In this document: piece after piece, positions 1 through 11,725 of the stretch
Position numbering within the stretch: position 1 is the stretch's first letter
Layout of the letters: each line of letters starts with the position of its first letter
Source: Polymyxa betae A26-41
Taxonomy: Eukaryota > Protista > Endomyxa: Phytomyxea
Reading direction: 5' to 3'
Assembly: GCA_003693705.1 (NCBI GenBank)
Contig: RBZT01000499.1
Span: forward strand, 248,001 to 312,000
DNA length: 64,000 nt
The notes under the pieces: generated by a model
Told to the model about the DNA's origin: nothing
Database searches by the model: none
Seen by the model: only the letters and a program-made list of their open reading frames with translations
Made by a program: the position numbers and the translations under genes

Positions 1-1379
1 GAATTTTTACCTCTCATAAACCTAGAGTGTTCCCATTTTACCAGAAATATCTCTTGTCGTCAGCGGCTTCAAGCATGACTCGCTGAGTTGAAGACGAAGT
101 ATATCGCTCCAAAACAGGCCTAGATTTGTCAATTCCACTCAAATATTGTTTTTTTAAGTACCAATATAATGGATATTGCTCGTATATAATGAAGTGTCCC
201 AAGTTCCAGACTGAGCCCCAATTGTGTAATTTAAGAATATGGACGTGCCTGCGTAATTTAGGATTTAGGGTGAACGCATCAAAACTGCACTGAGTACTAC
301 CAAAAGGATTATAATCAAACAATCCATACGCTGGCAGCTGCAGTTTCTCTTGAAGTTCTTTCACAAATCTTCTTGTCAGCAAACAAGGAACCCCCTTTCC
401 GGTTACTAAAACAGCTTGTATCCGATGATGCAGTTGTTGAGCTGCAAGCCGAGAAAACACTGCTTCTGGTATAGGATGAGAACCAAATACTACAGATGAC
501 AATCTGCTCGTACCTTTCTCGACTACAATTATCATCTGGGCCGAGGAATGCATCTCAACGCCTTCTTGAACCATTCCAGATGTTATTAGCTGAGGCTGGC
601 TGCTGCAATCGACACAGATTCCATCCGCCTAAACGGAAGTTTTACAATGGTCAAACAGACGATTCTTAGCATCCACCTGAACCACAACCAGGTTCCCGAA
701 AACTTGACCTTTCGGGGATCCTTCAATGAATAGCTGATGTCGCTGTATGCATAATATTTGGCAAATATCTGCAGACGTTCAAAAATGGTGTTTGGTCACG
801 CAATTGCAATACAACCTTTTAATACTTCAGTCACCTGTTTGGGCGCGTCGAACTCTGGCAAGTTGTAATACAGCTCACGAACTGTAATGATCGACTCATA
901 TTTTAAAGGGTTGTTATAAATATATGCCAAACAGCTCCAAACTGTCACAGTGATAACAAGACACATTCTTCTCAGTTAGATTCAACATACGCCTAGCATG
1001 GTATTGCAGCGTGTTCAGAGTTAATTGCACATATTTAACAGGGCCTGCAGCACCTACGCCCTTGCCTCGTTTCGAGCGGCGTCTCTGTGAGAAAATGTTA
1101 CTCATATTCTTAACATCTGGCCCCACTACCATTTGAATCGTGCATTGATTGCACGTCAGCTGCTCGACATACAGACGCCGGAGATGGCAGATTCGTAAAC
1201 GAACTTGATCGTGATCGGTATGAAGAAGGGATTCATAAATCGCCATGATCTTATGTGAATGACAGAATAAAGGAGAAGCCTTCCCACATGTGCAAACGTT
1301 ACATTCCATGTCATTCCTGCGCTGTCAAGACCAACAAAGTAGCAGAATCCACAATAAACCCTACAGCTTTTGAATCCAT
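1..1379 (-). CDS. SPO11: Meiotic topoisomerase VI-A-like transesterase, Spo11-2-like (multi-exon, 3' end runs off the window)
   Basis: Exon near 840-900 reads ITVRELYYNLPEF (catalytic Tyr motif). The TOPRIM region reads IIVVEK..AVFSRL..LVTGKGVP..TRRFV..GLFDYNPFG. The start at 1379 (MDSKA, intron, RRNDMEC) is inferred from GT-AG splicing. Confidence 0.9.
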
Positions 1380-1658
1380 TGCACTTTAGTTGAGACTGTT
1401 CAACAGCCCTTCTCGCAGGTTTGGTTTGAAGTAGGTTCCTGATGGGGCAATGCAACGTCTGTCGTTGCGAGTTTCTCTTTTAAGCTGTTTGGCTTGAATG
1501 TAGTTGTCTAGGTAGTCTGTTGAACGGACTCAACGACGCTGTTACCACCAACACAAGGTTTTCCTTGACAATGTGTCAGAGCAATGGAGAAGGATTAAAG
1601 TGGTTCGATTTTTGAACGAATAATTTACAATGTATTAACAGCTGAATTAAGGATATCT

Positions 1659-4446
1659 CTAAAACCATCCCCTCTTTTGACTCTCAGCAAGCAACTTGGC
1701 GTTAGCAACGAAATCGGCGGCTGCTGAAGTTAGCCTTTCGCTTTTTTCAGCAGTTTCTTTCACTTTTTCAAGATTATCTCTTGCCTTGGAGGTCATTTCC
1801 GATATCGGATTCGTTTCGGTTTCAATCCTTGACTCCGGTAATGTCTCGTGAGCAATACGCCCCTCGCTGAACAGCTCAGCCACCGATGATCGCTTTATAA
1901 CTTTGGCGATGGATGACAAGAACCCAATGCTATTTCGGCGGTTTCCAGATTGATTTTCACGATCAATTGGGGCAACCATAGGAGCTTGGATTTTCCTCAA
2001 ACCGTCCATAAACAGTAGAGCTGTCATGATCTCGCCTTCTATAGTAATCCACGATAATCGCCCATCTTCCGTGCACGAGCAAGATGGAATGTCTTCAGAT
2101 CTGTAACAAATCAGCTTCTCGAATCGGGACATAAGCAATTCCAACCTGAGGTCATTGGGAATGTCAGATTCCAGTAGAACATGGTTGATATCCAACAGCC
2201 TTCGGATTTGAAGTCGTCTGCCGGAATCTATGGTTACAATAGCAGACGATTTTGAACTTTCACAATGAAGATCAATCGAGATAAGCCAGCATTTGATGAT
2301 TCTATGTGTATACCTAATTTCGCACTAAAATCTAAAGTCAATAAAAATCGTCGAGCCAATAATATCATCCAACCAGAGAGTTGATTTTGACACCAGAACT
2401 GCTTGTCACTAATTCGCATACACGGAGCGAGGCATTCCAAGAGCCAATAAGATAGCGAGGCGAAATATATATAGACTTCGATGCTGAATTAGACTGGATA
2501 GGAATTACACAGCCATGCGAGTCGACGAGACCACATATAATCACTGCATCATTGAAAAGAAATGACGATGGACTTGGTGGATCAGGGTGATCGAAGTTGC
2601 TCCCTTCGTCGCTTTGAAGGACATCGTTTGGAGAGCCGTCGATAACAGGGGCGAATTCCGAGTTAATGCAGCTACCACTCATGGCATCATAGGCGAAGAG
2701 TAAGCGTTTCTTGTTGCCTATTAACAGAACATTCCGAAGCGGCTCTCCAGGATTCTGTGTAGTATTATCAATCTGGCAGAAAAACAGACAGCTTGCTTGC
2801 TGCAGCTGAATTGCAAATAGAATCTGGCCTGAATGAAGCTCGCACAGACTAACGGAATGCTGATCGGCAGAGGCTACCCGATCCCATTTCGAACAAAGCT
2901 TAAGAAGCGTAACAGGACGACTATGTACCCGAACATGAGACACAGCGATAAAACGTGTCCCCTGCTGCTCAAGGCTGTGTTCGAGCACAAGAACGCAGCC
3001 GTTGGAAAACCCGACCGCAATTTGGTAGTTCGAATCTGAACATATTGCGATGCAGGAGACGTCGGCGAAATCATCGCCGTTTGCGAAGTTGTTTTTGTAA
3101 ATGGCAGCAATGTCCAAATCGGAGAGAAATTTTACAGAAAATGGCGATTTTGAGTCCCAAAATGAGATAACCCATTTGTCAGAGACAGTTATGAGCAGGT
3201 TGTGGGCAAGTGCTGTTTCAGGTACAATTCCACCCTGCAGATATTGTGAAGACAGTTGATCTGGATCCGGATCCTGTGGAGCTGTCAAGGCTGAGATCCA
3301 GCCTTCAAGCGAATCGATGTCAGAGAAGACCTCGAACAGAACGCATTGAGCGAAGTCGGACGGGATTAGCGTACACCTTCGAATAGACGGGTCGAATTGC
3401 GATATATATAGCTCGCCTTCCCAGCTGCTCGATAGAAACGTCATCGGAGAAATGAGTAGAAACTGATGCATATTGCAATGGAACGAGGATAACTCAGAGC
3501 AATCGACCAATGAGAAAATTGTCAACGTTTGAGAGGTGGCACCACTGAGAACAACCATTCTATCAGAATCAATCCAGTCCATCTGACAAATAGGTTCGAT
3601 TCCTTCATCAGATCCAGATGGTTTGAGATACCCGAGAGGAGATGATTGATTCTGATTCCAAAGAATAACTCTACCAGCGTCGCCAGCCGAAGCAACTCGA
3701 GGTGGATCTCGACGATCAGAACTTGATGGTTCGATAGATAACAATGATATAACATCAGGAGAATTCAGCCATGATTTGTCCTTCTGTGCTTTGAGATCGT
3801 AGACTCGGATGGTGGAGTTCGAATAGGCAGCATATAACTCATCGCTATTTAATGCAAGGCTGACGACTTCGAGGCTATTGATTTCGGCCTTGTAGCCACG
3901 TCGTCGTTTGATTTGAGAAGCGACCGGTTCGGAGAGAGTGAACCTCGGGCGATCTTCTGGCATGGCGGGATGTATAATGTACGCTGATAAACGCCCATTG
4001 TCAATATCCAACACCTCGATTCGGCCAGCATCGGTACCGAAAACAACAAACCGATTCTCATAGATAACAAAGCAGGCTACAAAAATTTCGATCTGCAATA
4101 ATACCGATCCCAAGGCCCAATTCCAAATCTCGATGGCATCCCCATTACAGACCAGCAATCGGTTGCCATTTAGAAAACTCAACTGTTCAACAGCGTATCC
4201 ACCCGGTGGTCGAAGCGTTGTATGGAGGTCCTTATCACTGATCAGAATCACCAAGCCAGAGCTCGTCCCAGCGGCAATGATACGATTCTCGGTATCGTAC
4301 GCAAGCTGGGTTATGACTCGACCAGCTCCCAAGCGCCCGATCGGGGCAAACACGACGTCAGCTGGGCCGAGATTGCAAGGCAGGAGGTAATCAGGCGGCA
4401 GAATATGGTCTGGTGCCTGGCTAGACGATGTGGACGTATTGCCCAT
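1659..4446 (-). CDS. Tomosyn/Lgl/Sro7-family WD40 protein with C-terminal R-SNARE-like motif
   Basis: The N-terminal QLAYDTENRIIAAGTSSGLVILI resembles the first tomosyn/Lgl blade, followed by multiple WD repeats. The C-terminal KARDNLEKVKETAEKSERLTSAAADFVANAKLL...WF matches the tomosyn synaptobrevin-like tail. One short intron lies near 2335-2375. Confidence 0.8.
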
Positions 4447-5258
4447 GGATTAGTGACTATTGATAAAGGCATGGGAGAAGTGGAGCGACCTCTCCTGTCC
4501 TGTGTCAAAAGCTCAACTGTAATCCGGGAGCCCTTGGGGTCGGGCCCACCACCCCAGCACCCATAAAAAATTCTAGACTATGCTAGAAACTGGGCTAGAG
4601 ATTAGGAACGGGTCGATAGCGAATCCCCTGGAGAGCGGATTTTAATCTATTTATAATCCGAACGAGATATGCATCGATTTTTGAAGCTATCGAGCTAAGT
4701 ATGGAAGCTGGACATCTGGTTGTAGCCTAACACAGAAGGCAATGACGCCTTAATTTGAAAAATACGAATACATGTGAAGATAGACTCTGGTGCTGTTAAA
4801 GGAGCGTGAAATCAACTAAGCCTTTTTTATTGGAGATTTCAGGCAAACAAGTGACATGCACGATAGATTGCAAACAATAGCCTATTAATGAGTATATACG
4901 CCGATGCTGTTGTCCAGCAATTCCTAGAAAAAACATTAACCCTGTGTGGCTCTAATCTGCAAGCCTGATGTAAAAGTAAACAACATCCGGATTGTTTGAG
5001 GGCAATTGCAAACGCGATGAGAGACGCGAAAACCGAATCTCAAGACCCCGGCTCGGTTTGGCCAGCAGCGCCAAGCTTGGAGCGAAAATCGCAACTGATC
5101 GACCTCATGCTGTAGAAGAATGGACGTTAGCGGCAATGATGAACGGGCATAACGCCATAACCCCATGGTGTTACGGGGTCCCCTCTATGGCTCCAACCTA
5201 ACTTCATGGAGTCCACTTTCATTATGGCACTCTTATACATAGGTCAGCTTTAGCATCT

Positions 5259-7221
5259 ATGTCTTTACTAACAGAACAGCAACTGAAGGATCTCGATGCA
5301 GCGCGAGGCATCTCTGGACCTTGTAATATCATCTTACATGGCCAGCTTCGCCGTTGCTCGATCGGCTGCAAACGATCATTCCTGCATCGTTCCAGTCGAA
5401 AAGTCTACGTCGTGCTGGATGATACTAAGTTGAGCTGCTATGAAAGCGAAATTGATTGGCATCTTGGCTTACTTGCCTCACATCAAATCACGCTGGATTC
5501 TATCAGCGCTGTTGAATGCTCGCAGGCCTCTATTGAGATCGTTTATACTTCTGAATGGAGCCAGGTCCAAGACAGAGTGAAATTCACCTCCAGCAACCGT
5601 GGCCATTTTTCACATTGGCGGGAGATATTGCCCCTTTGCCTTCCTGGGTCCAGATCAATGCGAAGTTTCGCTTCTGAACTCGGACTATCACTGAAGTCAT
5701 CTGTTCGAGAAATAATCGATCGCTTGGCATCAGCTTTCCCACAAATACTCGCTGTGCGCTGCATACAACCAAAATGTCCCTCATCGCCGCGACCTTTAAT
5801 CCGAATCTCTTCCTTTTATAAACGAATCATCGCCGACCATCAATTTCGTGTGCAAGTTGGCGGCATTCAGCGTTTATTACAACGCAACCATGTGGCACTG
5901 GAGAAAGCGATTTTGGACGAGCTTCTCGATACGAATAACGATGAAACCCTGCGAAGGGACGCCCTGATTGTCCTATGGAATGTTTGCTCGTGCTCCCCTC
6001 TACGATCATGTCAAACTCACCATGAGATATCATGCAGAGGATGTATCCTCGGCGCTCAGAAGTTCTTGTTCCATATCTCACGATCACCGGACCTCGTGAT
6101 CAGTGAAGGTCTATTAGGTAATCCGCTCGCGCCGTGTTGATACGTTGGACCCTTGAAAACTGATGAAACTTTGTTCATACTTTTCCTAATTTAATGTTAA
6201 CATTGTTGAAGTTTTTTTATCAATGTCGTTGACTTTTACAGTTTGGTCAGCTGTATTTGTTATCTGGTTCTGATAGTCAGTTGTTGCGTTTCTGTTGTCG
6301 ATTGATGAACGCTAACAGTTTACAGATGTTCTCTTGCAACGCACAGCCAATAATTCAGGTGACTGCCGGGTCAAGCGTCCCCGAGCTTGGCCAGCATTGT
6401 TCTCTATACTCGCTGCTGTGTCTGCAGAGCATCGACAGCGCCTTCTGCGTACCATCAACTTCTTGCTAATTGACAACGAATACAACTGCCGTACGCTGGC
6501 GGCCCAAACTGGATGGCAGCATATGATATACTCTGCTATGGTTGCAGATCGGGCTGGTATTGATATGATCGTCGCTCTGTCTCTCAACATTCTTGTGATT
6601 ATGTCATATTACGCTCTTGTGAATACCGACAACTTCATCTGCATGGTTAACGAAACTCTAAAAGAGCTGCAACTTAACGACAATCTTGCTGTAGCCTCGG
6701 TGCAGATAAGTCGAATTTACCTGATCAGCCTGTCAAATAAGATTGCAGCCAATATGAAATCGTTCTCAGCTGTTATTGACTCGAGACCATGGACTCAATC
6801 GTTTCTCTTCAGCAAAGTGGTTCTGAGATTCATGTTTCGGGAAATCGAAGGTGAAAACATCAGCCATTATCGTCGCAGAAACTCGTTTGAAATTGCCAAC
6901 ATTGCGGAACGATTACGACATCGAAAAGATGTGTTGTTTGCGAAGGACTACATTGATTTATTCTGCGTCCGAGACAAATCTGGAAATAGTGGTGATGACG
7001 TCATGCTAGCAGAGAAAATTACATCTCTGTATGATCAACTCCTACATACGATTCGAGATCCGACCATGAAGATGGACGTATCCCGAAATCCAGGCCTCAT
7101 TGAAGATGCTGAATTAATCAGGGATGCTTTTCGACAAATCATATACAAGCTACGGGACGACACAGTGGACAGCGATAACTTTAGGGAGCTGATTAGCACC
7201 AGATCAGGCCTTCATCGCTAA
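5259..7221 (+). CDS. PH-domain protein with helical, neurobeachin-like C-terminal region (paralog A)
   Basis: PH-like N-terminus (RKVYVVLDDTKLSCYESE...ITLDSISAVE...HWREIL). Two ORFs are joined by GT-AG intron 6118-6325. Clear paralog at 33441-35427. Confidence 0.7.
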
Positions 7222-7231
7222 ATATACAAGT

Positions 7232-7849
7232 TTACTGAAGAGACTGCAGCTTCCTTTTTCTTGCCTCTTCTTTCTTTCGCAACCATTCCTCTCTGCGTCC
7301 TGCTCGCACCTCAGCATCTTCAATAGAAGGCGGCTGTGATAAGGGTATCGGCGATGAAGGTGTACAAACTGGTGAGTGTGGCCCGTCTTCTTCAGCAAGA
7401 TGCAGCTGTTCAGGAAGCCCAGGAACAGTGTTGATATTCTTCAATAAAGGAATGATGAAATGATCTCTCAAAATCTCGGCTGATTGAGATAATCGCTCCA
7501 ATGACTGGCTCCAGACAAACTTAACGCCATCAGCAATCATGGTGGAGACATTCATATCGATTTCATGAACGTGGTCAGTGATAATGGCCATGGAACCGTC
7601 GCCGGTCTGGCTGAAACAGTTCTGAATGGCTTGCTCGAGTAGGCTTTGAGCCACGTTCGGTGAATCCATAGCAAGCGAAGGATTGCAGGCCTGTGCTGTA
7701 GACAGCAAGGGAACAGAGGAGACGCTAACAGCGACCAAGTCAGTGAAAGCCATGATGCAGGATCCATCCTGTATCGAGTATTTCAAAAATGCATTTGTAG
7801 AAAAATTCGTTCGAATTCTGTTCCATGGTGATACAGCAACTATATCCAT
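7232..7849 (-). CDS. Putative XLF/Cernunnos (NHEJ1/Nej1)-like protein
   Basis: The motif order SPW..AFLK..MAFTDLVAV..AQACNPSL..GVKFVW..ILRDHFIIPLL parallels the XLF head domain; basic C-terminal tail KKEEARKRKL. Confidence 0.6.
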   Translation of the reverse strand: MDIVAVSPWNRIRTNFSTNAFLKYSIQDGSCIMAFTDLVAVSVSSVPLLSTAQACNPSLAMDSPNVAQSLLEQAIQNCFSQTGDGSMAIITDHVHEIDMNVSTMIADGVKFVWSQSLERLSQSAEILRDHFIIPLLKNINTVPGLPEQLHLAEEDGPHSPVCTPSSPIPLSQPPSIEDAEVRAGRREEWLRKKEEARKRKLQSLQ

Positions 7850-8141
7850 TAACTACAAGTCCGAGACGAAGGCATGAACAACCATGCGAAATCAGGTTTC
7901 TATTCAGATGGCCTTAGCCCTTATCTTAAAAACTGGTTAAATTTGGGTGAAGGAATAACGATATGAGATTGATGCTCTCCGAGACCATGCAGAAAAAAGT
8001 CATTTTATGATTATTAATTCAGAATTTAGCAATTAATGCACATTCAAAAAAATTAAAAAAGCATTCTAGTTTCAATAAATAATCAAAATTCATTACAATT
8101 ATAATTACATCATTATCGATAAGAAGACAGATAAATACACG

Positions 8142-9134
8142 CTACAGCACCATGCGCTCCGGCTCTTCCTCAGCATGTTCTTGCTGCAGCACCGTAGCTC
8201 TCAGCTCATCCGTCGAATGTAGAAGACCATCCAGCGCATTGCGAATGGCTACCGATGCAGGCGCCTCTGGATATTCAGCTGTAAACGACTTGCCATTTTC
8301 ACAGCAATAAGCCAATCGGGGATCGAGAGGAATTGCCCCAAGATAAGTGACACCCATCTCTTCACACATCTTACGAGCGCCGCCCGTCGATGGTTCGAAC
8401 ACTTTGGTTTCGCACGAACAATGAGGGCAGACAAACGCTGCCATATTCTCCACCACGCCTAGAATCGGCAGCCCAGCCTTCCGGCAGAACGAAATCTCCT
8501 TACGGACATCGAGCAGCGACATCTCCTGTGGCGTCGTCACGATGATGGCGCCGTCGGGGTGGCTCTCCTGCAGGTATTGGGTCACCGACAAATGTTCATC
8601 AGAGGTTCCGGGCGGCGCATCGATAATAAGGAAATCGAGGTCGGACCAATCGACCTCACTAAGAAACTGTTTAATAAGAGCAGTCTTTCTGGGGCCGCGC
8701 CACACAATGGCATCTGTCTTAGATTGTAACATAAATCCAACAGACATGACACATAGAGAATCGGTGGCATAAACAGGACTCCAACCAGATGCAGAACGAT
8801 GCACCTCGTTGTCAGCGACGCCGAACAGCAGCGGCACCGAAGGGCCGCAGATATCAACATCCAGGACGCCAATCTGAAAGCGCTGGGATAGGGACCAGGA
8901 CAGCTGCGCGGCTAGCGTCGACTTGCCTACGCCGCCCTTGCCAGAGAGGACCAGGATCTTGTGGCGAATTCGCGACATTCGCTCGTTAATCTCACTCATG
9001 GCCGGGTCAGCTTGACGCCCGGCACCAGATTTACATGCGGCTTGGTTGGGACAGCCAGCGCATGATGCCGCATTACCGGCCTGCTCTGAGCTAGGACCGA
9101 CACAGACCTCATTGACATCATCGGAGGTCGACAT
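8142..9134 (-). CDS. NBP35: Cytosolic Fe-S cluster assembly factor NBP35/NUBP1
   Basis: N-terminal C-x13-CxxCPNQxxC ferredoxin-like motif, P-loop GKGGVGKS, DVDICGPS, WRGP, DAPPGTSDEHL, ENM and CPHC. Intronless. Confidence 0.97.
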   Translation of the reverse strand: MSTSDDVNEVCVGPSSEQAGNAASCAGCPNQAACKSGAGRQADPAMSEINERMSRIRHKILVLSGKGGVGKSTLAAQLSWSLSQRFQIGVLDVDICGPSVPLLFGVADNEVHRSASGWSPVYATDSLCVMSVGFMLQSKTDAIVWRGPRKTALIKQFLSEVDWSDLDFLIIDAPPGTSDEHLSVTQYLQESHPDGAIIVTTPQEMSLLDVRKEISFCRKAGLPILGVVENMAAFVCPHCSCETKVFEPSTGGARKMCEEMGVTYLGAIPLDPRLAYCCENGKSFTAEYPEAPASVAIRNALDGLLHSTDELRATVLQQEHAEEEPERMVL

Positions 9135-9244
9135 CGATTTTCAAGACCTTTTTTGGTTTTTATTTCCAATCTGCGCAGTCCGCCACGGGGTCGCGGGCGT
9201 TCACCCGATTGCCTCAAAAATTTCCTGTTTTCAGAATCGCCAAG

Positions 9245-10328
9245 ATGACTCTGGCTCGAACCCGGTAAGACTTGAATTTTATCGCTGTACGTTTGCAGGT
9301 TAATAAGCGTGTTTTTCAGAAAGCCTCGGAATCAGCGCTCGAAGCGTGTGCTTAAGAACCGAGAATCGAAACTGGTCGAAAATGTCAAAACTGCGATCAT
9401 CGTCAAGGGTCAGACCACAAACCAGATCCTCTGCGATGCTATGAACGATATCGCTTTGATGAAGAAACCACTCATGAAGAAATTGACCAGAAAGAACGAA
9501 ACTCACCCGTTTGAAGACCAGAACACGATTGAGTTTCTGTCGCGAATGAATGATGCCTCGCTGCTTGTGTTCGGATCGCACTCGAAGAAGCGGCCCCATA
9601 ATCTCGTCTTAGGGCGGTTCTTCGACCATCAGATGCTGGATCTGTTCGAATTCGGTATCGACCCGCAGACGATGGTAACTTTGGAGGAATTCTCGGTGAT
9701 TCGATCGTCTGGTGTCCATATGGGATCGAAGCCCATGTTCTATTTCGCAGGCGATGAGTTTGAAATCAACCCGGATCTGGTTCGATTCAAGAACTTTATC
9801 GTGGATTTCTTCCATGGTGACAATGTCGATAAGCTAAACCTGGCTGGTCTGGATCGGGTTATTGTCTGCATCGCGAAAGACGCCAAGACGATCCTGTTCC
9901 GGCAATATGCGGTTGCATTGAAGAAATCGGGGACGAAGATTCCCAAAGTGAAACTCGAAGAAATGGGGCCTCGTTTGGATTTAACTCTGCGAAGGACATC
10001 GCAGGCCAGCGAGGCTGTTGTCAACGAATCACTCAAGAGAGCGAACTTGATGAAATCGAAGACGCAGCGAGGCAATGTCGAGAAGGGCGTTCTTGGCCAG
10101 ACTCTGGGGCGTGTCCATGTTCAACAGCAGGATCTAAAAGAAATTGCTCTACGCAAGATGAAAGGACTCAAGGGAGACACTCCTGCCAAAGAAGAATCCA
10201 ATTCCAGCGATGAAGAGGAAGCCGATTCTGACAACAACACGGAGGACGCCGAATTTTGTTCGGATGATGATGACGAATCGCAGGCTGATAGCGATGATGA
10301 TGATGCTTTCATGGAAGAAGCCGGCTAA
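9245..10328 (+). CDS. RPF2: Ribosome production factor 2 (Brix domain)
   Basis: FGSHSKKRPHNLVLGRFFD and LEEMGPRLDL Brix motifs; acidic tail. The start MTLARTR at 9245 is spliced (GTAAGA...TTTCAG) to KPRNQRSKR. Confidence 0.93.
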
Positions 10329-10465
10329 TACATTTATTGTAAATTTTGATACTGTTCTTGGAGTCTGATTTGCATTCTGGGAAGTATAATGCTATTTCTG
10401 AAACAGATGGAAGATGTTAAATCATGGTCAAGATATAATTTCCTGATATTATTATGAGAGCACAT

Positions 10466-11178
10466 TTATGCCTCTTCGAATAAGATCTTTCGCATCACTG
10501 GTTTAAAATCGTCAAAACACAAGGATATCCGCGAACTGAGCGTATTTGATATGCAAATCTTGTCATTCTGAGACAGCAGCTCGACGCCACCGCAGACATT
10601 TGTTGGCAAGTGGACAGCGGTATCAAGCTCGAGACGCACCTCCTGGCCTTTTCCCAAATCTCGTACAATGATGTCGTTGTACTTAGCCTTGGCTTTATCA
10701 AGGCATCTCTTGACAAGGGCTGCATCTTCACTACGACAGCGAAGTTTAACGTGATCCTCACGTAGTCGAATCAAGCCCTGGACGATCAAAGCAATAACCA
10801 GATCTTCGTAGCCTGGCTGTTGAGAGGCTGTTTTGAGCCGATCCAAGGCTGCGGTCCTTAAAGACTCGACAAGATTCTCTTGATGTTGAAGCCGTTCACG
10901 GCGAGCATTTTGAATAGCGGTCGATCGAGCACTAAATAATTTGAATAGAAAAGCTGGGAAAACGTTTTTGCTTACATTTTCTGATTGTTGATTTTCTCTT
11001 TTCTCAAACGATCGAACTCGTTCAAAATCTGCTGCTTGGCAGCCTCGATTAGGCTGAGTTTTGCGATGTTATACTCTTGGTCGGTTTTGACCCGGATTTC
11101 CTCAGCCTTTTCTTTCGCCTCTTGTTTAATAAATTCAACCATCTGCTGTATCTGGCGTGATGCCTCGGCCGGATTCAT
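10466..11178 (-). CDS. VMA4: V-type proton ATPase subunit E
   Basis: RQIQQMVEFIKQEAKEKAEEI at the N-terminus and GGVELLSQNDKICISNTLSSR..RKILF at the C-terminus; one short intron near 10933-10975. Confidence 0.95.
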
Positions 11179-11500
11179 GGCTGGCTGTCTTTTATAATTC
11201 CAACCGCTACCACACGCTAAACGACTACCTAAGTAGGAAGGCCCAAAGAAGTCTAAGAAGCAGCCAACACCGGGCTGCTGCTATCCTTGTCGTTATCTTA
11301 CCCCTTCAGTCGCAGTTTTTTTGAATTTTTCGCGGAGCGCAGAGAAAATTTCGAAAATTTGTCACAATCCGCTGGCGGAGTGCGTCCCGGCTCGCTCGGT
11401 TGAAATCGCCTTCGGTCAGAGAACTGCTTTCGTCTGGATTCGATTATAGGTGATGCATTTTGAACAGAAAACTATTTTATAGCTCAATGACATGTTTAGG

Positions 11501-11686
11501 ATGCAGATGGAAATCAAGGGTGTGAAACAAATTGATCAGGCCAAGGCTGCTCAGAAGCTAAGGAAGTTCATCGTGAAGCAGGGCCCACAACCCCTGGACG
11601 ATTCGGTCACTAAAATCAGGGCGCATCTACATGAATCTATTCTCATGCAGTTGCAGAGATTAACCGACTACCTGGAACATGCCTAG
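11501..11686 (+). CDS. Small helical-hairpin protein, possibly RNA polymerase I A14 (Rpa14)-like
   Basis: About 61-aa ORF divergent from VMA4 and preceded by an intron-like GT..AG segment. AAQKLRKFI...SILMQLQRLTDYL resembles the two A14 helices. Confidence 0.4.
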   Translation: MQMEIKGVKQIDQAKAAQKLRKFIVKQGPQPLDDSVTKIRAHLHESILMQLQRLTDYLEHA

Positions 11687-11725
11687 AAATGTTTCACTAA
11701 TATAAATGCTGCCATTCTGACAAGT

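Noticed and set aside
6155-6285. C/D snoRNA or hammerhead ribozyme in the long PH-gene intron (CTGATGA...CTGA)
   Set aside because: No stem II for a hammerhead, no clean terminal stem, and not conserved in the paralog's intron.
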